DNA of 61,193 bases, counting the filler, from Hausera hauseri (lineage: Eukaryota): assembly GCA_046269625.1 (NCBI GenBank). It is 9 parts of 9 records of this genome, joined end to end, with 100 filler letters (N's around TTAATTAATTAA, not from the genome) between each part and the next. Parts side by side here need not be neighbours in the genome. Positions count along the whole stretch, not along the records: positions 50,067 to 56,544 come from JBJURY010095987.1; positions 56,645 to 61,193 come from JBJURY010531898.1; 7 more parts are not named here. The stretch is one strand, 5' to 3'. A program made the translations under genes and the position numbers. The notes under the pieces were generated by a model. That model did not search any database. It saw only the letters and a list, made by a program, of their open reading frames with translations, and had not been told where the DNA came from. This document shows positions 51,331 through 61,193 of this stretch, piece by piece (within the stretch, counting starts at the first letter, position 1; every line of letters begins with the position of its first letter).

Positions 51331-54300
51331 GATCAGGGTAATTTTCGACGGAACTCAGTGAGTGACTTTTGCACATTGCTGCCACTTTGGGCTCTTCTGT
51401 TGTAAATGATTCTTGCTCTGTTTCGTGTATGAAGTCATTANNNNNNNNNNGTTGGACAGATACAGCCTCGTATTTATCAGGTCTTTTCTGAATAAAAAGC
51501 GTTTGTGGACGCACATCAACCACTTTGTACGGTCCTTGGCCGGTACGTGCTAATTTTAACGATTTGCCTTTCTTCACAGCAGGATAGTGAACCATTATAT
51601 AATCTCCAATCTTGTATGTGGCCGAGCTTTCTTTTTGAATTGCTTTTTATATCCAGCTCTGTATTTTTCTTCAAATTGTTTAGCTTCGCGTTGAAAGTAT
51701 TCAAGTCGTTTTAGCAGAATCTGATATTGATCATCCATGTGATCACTGGTTAACAAGGATGATGGTAGTAGTTCCGTGTCTAATGGTAGTAAGGGCAATC
51801 GGCCGAACATTAATTCAAAAGGTGAATGATTGGTACTTTTAGTAGGCGTTGTATTTATTGCAAAAGCTGTAGTTTTCAAATGGTTATGCCAATCTTTTTG
51901 ATCGTTCAACCATTCCATTGCATTGTGGATGGTATGAAGTCGTTAACAAATGTTTGCACTGGAATATTTTTGACAATTTTTCGAAGAATTCGCTAATGAA
52001 ATACGGTGATGGTCGGTTAATAATTGTTTCGGAGTACCTAATACAGCAATAATTTCGTAGAAAAAGGCTTCAGCAACTGTACTACTAGTCATGTTTTTTA
52101 ATGGCACTAGTATAACATAGCGAGAATAATAGTCAACAAGGGACAGTATATATTTGTATCCTGAATCTGGAGCTGGGAATGATCCGGAGATATCCATTGA
52201 ACACACTGCCATTGGTTTCCGTGCTTCCGGTAAGCTTCCTAGAAATGGTCTTACACGAGATCCTCTATCTTGTAGCACGTATTTTACATGAACGTACTCA
52301 TCCTTCAATGTTTATTTATGTGAGGCCAGTAATATTTTGCGGTTATACGCTTCAGTTTTATTTAAAGACGGATGTCCAGCTAGATGTGAATCGTGTTCTT
52401 GTAATATGACAGCCTTAATGGCCGGTGTGGGTACAAGAATCAGTTTTCTTTCTCCAACTCTTAGTCGTAAAACCCCATTTTCAATTTCCAGATTTTTCGA
52501 TTTTTCTCAAAATTTTTTGGTATGACTTGATATTGGATCATGTACTTGTCCGTTGATTACTTGCTTGACTTGAACAATAAAGGGATCTTGATTTTTCAAA
52601 GTTTCGATGTTGCGTACTTGAATTTGGTGTTGTTCTTGCAACATTTCGTTAATAATTTTCTCATTCAATTGTTTGTCATTCTATTTGTCTAATGGTTTGT
52701 AAACAGCGGCTGCTATCCTATCATATGGCATTCTCGAAAGCGCATCGGCATCTAGGTTTTCTTCGCCTGGACGATATCGGTATTCAAGATCATAATTTAA
52801 AAGTTCCAACTTCCATCTTTGGAGTCGACTGGATACATATCTATTGTCTGAGCGCAATGATAAGAATGCTTTATGGTCAGTAAATATTATGATTTTATGA
52901 CCGTAAACGTAATACTCGTAATGTCGCAACCCATCGCGAATAGCTAATAACTCTAATTCAGTGGTAGAGTATTTTCGTTCTGCATTATTTAAACTCCGTC
53001 CTCCGTAGGCGATTACGTGTTCTATTGTTTCGTCTGGGTTTTGTTGAGCCAATATATAACTAATTGCTTTTATGCTAGCATCGGTTTTCAGAATAAAGGG
53101 CAACGAAAAATCTGGGTATCTTAATATCGGTGTTGATACCATTCGTTTCTTGATCTCGTCAAATGCATTTTGATTCTCTTCTGTCCATTCCAATTTTTGA
53201 TCCTTAAGAGCTTATATTGAGGTTGGTTAATTTCTGCAAAGTTAGGTATAAATATAGCATACAATCCTCCCAAACCTAGCCAGGCTTTTATTTCATGTAC
53301 GTTGGTTGGTGGGTGATATTCTAAAATTTTGGATATCAAATTAGGATTAGTTGAAATTCCTTGGTTATATACAACAAATCCAAGATATCTAACTTCTTTC
53401 CTACACCATTCACATTTTTTCGGATTTAATTTTAATTTCGCAAGACTAATTCGATCGAATACATCTTTCAATTCAGCTAAATGCGCAGTCCATGTCTTGG
53501 ATGCGATGGGAATATCATCAATATATGATAATCCACGTACTCCTTTTAGTACTAGGCGAATAAATTCTTGAAAGAAGGTGGGTGCTGTTTTCAGACCAAA
53601 CGGCATACGGGTGAATTGGTAGACTGCCGTATGCGTCTTAAATGCAGTTTTCCATCTGTCCTCTTCAGCTACAGGAATTTGCCAAAATCCACTTTGTAGG
53701 TCTAAAGTGGTGAAGTATTTACAATCTTTCAATTCATCAATGATATCGCGATTTCTAGGAATCGGATAAGCATGATTCATCAAGTGCTTATTCAGGGTAA
53801 CAGTTTACACACAAACGATGTTTAGTCATATTGGCTTTCTTAGCCGTAACTATGGGAGAAGGCCATGGCGATTGACTGGGCTCTATAATTCCTTTATCGA
53901 GCATTGCTTGGATTTGTTCCTGGACTTCCTTTTGGAGTGCTTTTGGAGGAGGGTACCATTTTGGTATTGGTTGTCGTAACAAATCTATTTTTCCTGTTAA
54001 TGGGTCAATCATGAATGATAATTTGAATTTGACTAGATCAGTTCGTCCGATATCTGTTTCATTCTTTGCAAAAATGTCAAGATATTCATAAGTGAGATCT
54101 GAGAAGTGTTCTAGATACTCATCTGATAGATTTTTCTTCGCTTTTGCGAGAACAATACTCAACACATCTACAACATCTTGTTTTGAGGTGGATACCGTTG
54201 CGACATGATTATTAGAAATCTTACGTCGAGTTGTTTCTAAGGCTTGTCCAATTTTTGTTTTTGCGAATAACGTGATATATCTCGAAGTTGGGTTTAAAAC

Positions 54301-54910
54301 TTCTACCAGAATAGTTCCTCCGATTACATTAACACACTAATGAGGCATCATTATTTTATTTCGCAACGTTTTTGGTATAAACTCAACAATATTGTTATCT
54401 GAAAAGGCTGTTCTTGCATGTATAACTATTCGAGAATTGGGTGGTATCTTCTCGATATGTCCCAACCAAATGTCTGTTTCCTTGTTATCCGGGGGTTTAT
54501 CCTCATTGTTTGGACAAATTGATCCTGATTGTAAATTTATGTGCACTCCTTTTAATTTTCGTAGCACGTTCATACCTAGAATACATCGAGGATCTAGGGT
54601 GATCATTACGTCGAAAGTTATTTTAACTCTGTCCACAAACCCATGGTTCACTTTTCCAGTATCTATATGGTTTACTACATTGTTGGAAAGCTGAAGTGGT
54701 ACCGGGTGAGTCTTTTGTAGCCAATTTTATTTGAGATTGTAATTCTTCTGTAATTGCATGTTTTGCAATTAATGCAACATTAGCTCCTGTGTCCACCATA
54801 GCATTCAGGTCAAAAGTATCAAAATGAACTGTTGTATGGGGTCTATTATCTCGGAGTAGTTCCAGAAATGTCAGTACGTCGTTATGATTATCAATGTGTG
54901 GTTCCATCAT
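51330..54910 (-). mobile_element. Gypsy pol (protease, RT, RNase H, integrase) of a second lineage, decayed
   Basis: MVDTGAN; PSQSPWPSP; LDLQSGFWQI, MPFGLK, SYIDD; KTDAS, YSTTELE, TDHKA; MDISG, VDYYSR, SPFELMFGR, GPY. Confidence 0.95.
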
Positions 54911-55498
54911 AGTGTAACTAGACGAACAATGTTAGCGCTGTTAGATAAAATGACCTTTAAACTTTCTAACGATTGGGCATCGGTTTCTACCATTTTGTTC
55001 TTATCCTTGATTTCCGTTAAGTCTGGATAACAGCTGACATGTTTCGATGTTGTTGGTTTATTGGCTAAATGCACTCCTTTGTCTGATTGAGTTTCTATTG
55101 ATTTATTATATTGATGATAAGGTATTGAGGGTAACATTCCCAAACTAGGTGAATTAGGCAATGTCACTCGATTATTTTTCATGGTCTGTGTGATATTAGA
55201 TTGCCTGATCTCCTCTTTGGTGTATTTTGGCAAATTTCGTAACTTTATATATTTTATTTTCGCGTAAGGATCCGTCAAATCTGTTAAATTTGGTAATTTA
55301 TAAGTAGGCAATGTTTTATTATCATATGGTGCATCCGGTATTTTATGTTTATTCTTTTTCTTTGGCTTCATAAACTTGAATTTTCTCCTTGTATCCTTAG
55401 GAAGTCCTGTTGTAGGATAATATTTCGGAGTATTGCTGTCATCTGAACTTGATGAATTGTCCTTTGGGGATTGTCTCTACCTTGTAGTCAACATGTTT

Positions 55499-56544
55499 TT
55501 ATAATTTGTTTCGCCATTGTTTCTCATGGTAGGCCTTAATAAATTTGCCAAGTGGAGAAAATAGTGCTCCTATTATGCTCAACGACATTCCTGTTAAATT
55601 ATAAATCTCATAGGCATTTAATACGGAATTGATGCAGACTTTCAATGTTTGTATAATGAAGTATATGGCCAGAAAACCTGAAGCTACTTGGCCAAATTTC
55701 AAGAATCCTCCCCACATTTTATACCACAAATTTGAAACGATTTTAGAATAGGCGTCAGGTGTCAATAACCTATCCAATTTTCCTTCTCCGGCTGTCGTCG
55801 ATTACTCGATGTATTCCACGATTTACTATTTGTTCTTTGTCTAGGATATGCTAAAAATTTCACAAATGAATCAATTTTCTTTTTGCTATATAGTGCTGAT
55901 TTGGATACGTCGGTAAACATATTGGTTTCGATTGCATGTTTCAAGTTCGTCATAGTTATCTTTGGTTTTTCTTTAACTCTATCACGATTCGGTAACCTGA
56001 CCCAGAGGTCTTGATTATCATACTTGATAAAGGGCTTAGTGCTGAACAATTCTGAATCTCAGTAGGTATTGTATGTAGTGCCAAGAGCACCCTAGTGATA
56101 GGCTGAACGTATCGGATTTCCTCGTTATATTTGACCGGTATCTTCGAATAACATGGAGTGCCGGTAATCAACGGCAATTCTAATCGTTTGCATTTATAAG
56201 AATAACACTTCTAGGACTCTGCCTGGGATTCCTTCGCCAAAAGGAAGGGTTATTGTGATCATCTCTGGGTTGGATGCTTAAATGGCTAGGCGATTTCTTA
56301 GAGTTTCACAATTCACTACAAAATATTTGAATTGTTTCGGAATATATTTCTTCGATTGTTTTGTGGGTTAGATAGAATAGAAAATCATCTCGATTTGCGA
56401 TATAATCGGCAATATTTACTAATTGAGCTCTATTATTGGGAGAATTATCGGCTCCTTTAATTTTTCTGATATAAAATTATCGTAATTCGTACTGAATACT
56501 TTCTGCCCACATTTTGTAATTTCATCCTGTTGTATGAATTTAAC
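55499..56544 (-). pseudogene. Envelope glycoprotein resembling chuvirus G / herpes gB-type retrotransposon env, C-terminal part
   Basis: CGQKVFSTNY; YKCKRLELP..CYSKIPVKYNEEIRYVQPITRVL..C; ALYSKKKID..LAYP; membrane region WGGFLKFGQVASGFLAIYFIIQTLK..SIIGALF. Confidence 0.75.
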
Positions 56545-57605
56545 NNNNNNNNNNNNNNNNNNNNNNNNNNNNNNNNNNNNNNNNNNNNTTAATTAATTAA
56601 NNNNNNNNNNNNNNNNNNNNNNNNNNNNNNNNNNNNNNNNNNNNTCGAGGTATCATGCATTTTTATGTAATAACGCCTTATCACATATTTTTATAATTAT
56701 TTAGTCTTTTAGTTAGTTTATGAGTTTTGGAATTTGGTCCCATATGGGTGCCCGATATTATACATCATTTCTACTATTTCTAAGATATAAATAACTGTGT
56801 TCCACAAAAAACATTTTAAAATTTTTTATTAGCTTTGATGAAAAAAATCTTTACAAATTTGCCAGTTTCTTTACTACAATTAAAACTGTTTTGCGATACC
56901 CCAATTAATTTTGTTTGCATTCGGCTTTACCTACGGCTCTCAAAAACCTCTTAGAACCGCCACATGTGAAGCTACTGTTTCATATTCAATGAACTTTAAT
57001 TAAAATATTAATTTAATTTAAAATATAAATTATTGGCGTGTTCGACTCAGATATCAATAAAACTCATCATGACAAAAATTTTAGCAGCGGTAATTCATTT
57101 TTAGCCAAAAGGAAATTTGATTTAAAAATATTTAAAACAATTTTTTAAATTATTAAAATTATTTAATTCCATAGTGTTGATATGACCGAACTATTTATAG
57201 AAGGTGCGCGAAAGTTCTACTTTAAATATGGAATTCCTGTGCATTATTTTTGAAACTTTGTATATGAAGTGAGATTTTGAAGTTGTACAACAGAATTCTG
57301 TTTGATTTCATTTTTTGTTCTTTAGTGAATTGAACAATACTACAAATTTGTCCTTATCAAGGGCTACGGCAGAAAATGACAGTGTTTATATGATTTTTCA
57401 CCACACTTTCCGTATATCATATCTGATTTCTTAAGCATATACCAATTTTCGTATAAAATTTCGTCGATAATGTTTGACGGTCCGCTTATTAATAATACAG
57501 ATTGAAAATTCACAGCGATAAATGCTTCTTGCAAATATATTTATACTTGGTTAAATATTTGCAAATTATCATCCTTAGATTATAATTATTATTGTATCTT
57601 GAATA

Positions 57606-58838
57606 AGGGTGTGGGGACAAAAAATCCGTACAATTTTAGTTTTACTGGTAATTAGGAATTCTTAGAATTAGTTTACATTTAGTTTGTTTCCGTGAATTTT
57701 TATGATACTAAAATTTCATTATTTCATGCATTTGTTTTTATCAGACGTGGTGACAATAATGGAGAATTTAAATCAAAGTGAACGTCGTAGATTGATTGCC
57801 GAGTTTTACCAGAATCATCAACAAATGAAGAAGTCTTTTACCATTAATCATTTTATTATGATGGGAGTTGCTAGACAAACAATCTATGATGTTTGTAAAC
57901 GTGCCTATTCATGTTTGCCATTTGAAAGAAAGAATTAATCGGGGAGGATTGCAAGAAAAATTCCAAACAGAAAGAGGGAATCTCTGGTCAGTGATGCTCA
58001 TGGTAAACTTGGTGTTAGTTTAAGAAAATTGAGAAGAAAACATCATATTGATAAGAATTATGTAAGAAATATTTTGAAGCAGTAATGAGTTACATCAGCT
58101 CCTAAATATTCAGAAAAACAAAAATTTGAACAAAAATCGAAACTGAGAAAACTTAGTGACAATGAATTTTCACCAGCAAAAGGTTTAGAAATATCATTGA
58201 CGATGAGTCGTATTTTTCTGCAAATAATGAGTCATTTTATTGTAAAAAGGAAAAGTAATTTGATCCTGAAGTTTATTTCAATAGACACAAAAGGTTTAGT
58301 CAAAAATTGTTAGTGTGGCTGGCGATTTCTTCTCGTGGTCGCTCTTTGCCGTACATTTGCCCATCAGGAAATTCAGTAACGGGTGAAATGTACGAAAGGC
58401 AGTGTATAAGAACTAGATTAACGAGTTTCATAAGGAAACATCATTCTGATGGCAATTTTGGGTTTTGGGTGGACATGGCGACGGTCCTCTACGCCAATCA
58501 AGTTGTTGATGCATATAAAGAATTAAACATTCCTTTCAATGAAAAAGCCAGAATTGTCCCAAACGTTCCTCAACTTCGGCCTATCGAACGATTTTGGAGA
58601 AATTTAAAAAGCGATGTGTATAGTGGGGGATTGGAGGCTAATTCACATAAAGAATTAAAACAAAGAATCCAGTGCATATTGCGGAAGAAGAATAACAGTA
58701 CTTTCTTTAATTTAATGAAAGATCTGAAAACAAGTATGAGAAAGGCAAGTAGATTTGGAGCTGATTGTGTCATTTAACAATGTATTTTCATATTGTATTT
58801 AATAATAAATCTGTACGGATTTTTTGTCCCCACACCCT
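57606..58838 (+). mobile_element. Full-length Tc1/mariner-superfamily DD37E DNA transposon (1233 bp)
   Basis: Perfect 27-bp TIRs AGGGTGTGGGGACAAAAAATCCGTACA (57606-57632 and 58812-58838) flanked by TA on both sides. Confidence 0.95.
57759..58777 (+). pseudogene. DD37E transposase, inactivated by stops and frameshifts
   Basis: IIDDESYF; FWVD-(37 aa)-E in PQLRPIERFW; HTH-like N-terminus (GVARQTIYDV). Confidence 0.9.
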
Positions 58839-59462
58839 TATTAGCTGCCAAATTTATACATTAGCGACGCAATTGACAATTAGATATGTACTCTGTGCCT
58901 GGGAAAGACATTAATGATCAACTATTAATCGAATATTACTTGACAAAGCAGTGAACATTTCATGATACAACATCACCTAACCCGTTGAATATTAGTGGCA
59001 CATGGACAGAAAAAGTCACAGAAGTTTCACAAAAATGTCGCTTATGTATGGATGATTTTTGTATAACATTTTTCATAATATTCGGCACAAAATTCTGAAC
59101 TTGCTTAGTATTCAATACTTTTATTGGAACGTGATTCCTTCTTCAAAGAATATTGATTTATCATGTTTTGTTAGATTTTGGGTTGGGCCCTAACTTCTCC
59201 CACTATCTAACAATAGTTTTTAATATTTTTGTAGTGCAGGTTAGGTTTACCGTTATAGGTAAATCAGGATGTGCCTTACTAATTAATATACTGTGCCGGT
59301 ACTGCGTGCGATGTCCTCTGCAGATATTTAAAAGAATTCTCTCCTAACTATATAAGTTACACTGGATTTTAAAACCTTAAGGTAGTCCAATCACCCTTAA
59401 GGGCCGAAGAAAAATTATAAAAGATTTTAGAAAGAAAAATATATTTTTACAAATAACAATTA

Positions 59463-59982
59463 CGTTCTAGCGTTCGGTATTAAATATAACTTTCGAAACT
59501 GTCTGCAATATATGCGATACGATAACTTATCGAATTCGTCGGATTCGGAACACTTCTGTTCACCTTCCAATATCGAATACCGTTGACGGAATACCACCGA
59601 AACTTTCTGCAATAACTGCGGTAATAACAATTCTCTCAATAACTATTTCGCTTCTAAATCTTTTCGTTCGAGTCTAAACCCAATTCACTTTCAAGTCAAC
59701 AATGACTGACTGACTGTGAAATCCGTCGGCTTATATACTAACTAATTTGCCGATTACATAATTTTCATTTGATGTAATATCGATTAAATTCCATTTTCTT
59801 CGATTACAATTAGGTTATTTACAAAATTTTTAGCTTTTCACATATTCTTCTGATTACATAATTCATATCAATTTATAATAACTACGAATTAGCAATACAT
59901 AACATTTCAATCGATTACAAATTATCCGATTTACGATAGTGCTATACAACCAATGTACAATTCTATAACATTTCTCCTCCCT
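59463..59982 (-). mobile_element. Polypurine tract (59971-59982) and LTR starting at 59970; distal end approximate
   Basis: AGGGAGGAGAAA|TGTTATAG; internal TATATAA followed about 25 nt later by TCAGTC repeats (initiator-like). Confidence 0.6.
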
Positions 59983-60134
59983 GAACGACACCTCGCATGT
60001 GCGATTGCGTCAGTAGAGGTGGCGTCGATTTATTGTCGGCGCAGCAATTCCAGTCTACTCCAAAGATTACTGTCGTCAACTGGCTCGGTTTCTAACGCAT
60101 AACTCGTACTAGGCTGGCTCGGAAGAGGAACGGA

Positions 60135-60356
60135 TCAGTTACATTCTCCATTCGAAAAATATTTTAATCCATCTGCCTCGGCTCGGCATACCGGGCATGT
60201 CGTTTTCCCGTTGTCTAACGTCCAGGTTTCTAAACACGTGCGACAGTATCTGTGTCTACACGCTTGGTTGTCGAGTTTAACATAACCTTGCCAGATATCT
60301 TCGTTACATACTGGACAAGTGTCTTCGTTCTCATTCGTATTCTCGTCGCTGTCCAA
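60135..60356 (-). pseudogene. C3HC4 RING finger ORF just upstream of the polypurine tract
   Basis: CPVC..CRHRYCRTC..W..CPVCR; no ATG in frame; the frame continues past one TGA to about 60030. Confidence 0.8.
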
Positions 60357-61193
60357 GTCGACTTTGGGTAATATCTGTATTCGTTCGAATGAAAGTCCAT
60401 CTTGATCGTGTTAGAGTAGGGGTTATCTTATTTAACCTTTACATCACTCCAACATATAAATTGACCAACTGTATCACTTATTTCTTAGGTTCTTATCTTT
60501 TACCATCGTTTATTACTATCATTAACCTTACTTTGTCGTAGTGTCTGCTCATCTAATTGTGCTTGTCGTTCCTGTTAGGCTTCTGCTAGTTAAGTATTAC
60601 CATTCTTCATATCTTATAATGCCTCAATGACAAATATGATTGATTGTTAATGAGGTCTGATTATTATGAGCAACAGCTAGACTTTGGATTGTACCTTAGT
60701 ATGAATATTTGCTTTAATATCATCTAGTCATCAGCCTCTATCACTATGCTCTAACAAGTGGTTACTCGTCTTCTCTAAGAGTCGCTATCTAACTACCCAT
60801 TAACTCAGTCTTTTACGAGACCATCTATACATGAGCAAACATGTATAATCTCTTCATTTGAATCTGATTTTATACGCAAAATATACTTCAATTTTCATCC
60901 ACTCATTGGGGCTAACCATAGTCTTACGATTATTCTCATCGGTTAACGTTATTTATTTTCATCTCTACTTCCATTAAGATTTTGAACTATTCTTATAACG
61001 AATAACTATTTCTTTCCCCTATAAATTATTATTGAGAATTCATATATTTATCGAGTTATGTTCGTTATTGTGACACGATAATTCATAAATAAAACAATAT
61101 CCATTGGTCTAAGCCGTTTATTCATAAATAAAATTCAACTGTTTCAATTTTTGCATTAGAAATAAAACTAGAAATATATTTTTAATATATTGC

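Overview
AT-rich eukaryotic, transposon-dense DNA, probably from an invertebrate animal with motile cilia or flagella; the species cannot be determined. The window is nine contigs joined by an artificial 100-nt linker (44 N + TTAATTAATTAA + 44 N), so adjacency across linkers is not guaranteed. Mobile content: several decayed Ty3/gypsy LTR retrotransposons of the CsRn1/Kabuki/Boudicca type with a tandem pair of CHCC Gag knuckles and a -1 frameshift site; a second gypsy lineage with a chuvirus/gB-like envelope glycoprotein placed upstream of protease and an FN3-like ORF after integrase; two copies of an LTR-bounded element whose ORF ends in a captured axonemal dynein heavy-chain stalk/microtubule-binding domain; an LTR end carrying a RING finger; a decayed Polinton/adintovirus-type protein-primed DNA polymerase B; and a complete DD37E Tc1/mariner element. 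Other content: intronless FHAD1-like and GRIPAP1-like pseudogenes tail to tail, a coiled-coil gene followed by a histone-type 3' stem-loop, and a 16.6-kb satellite of 63/90-bp units with a 4128-bp higher-order duplication. The recurring unusual theme is LTR elements carrying host- or virus-derived cargo. Protein family calls come from recognising motifs by eye, not from database searches.
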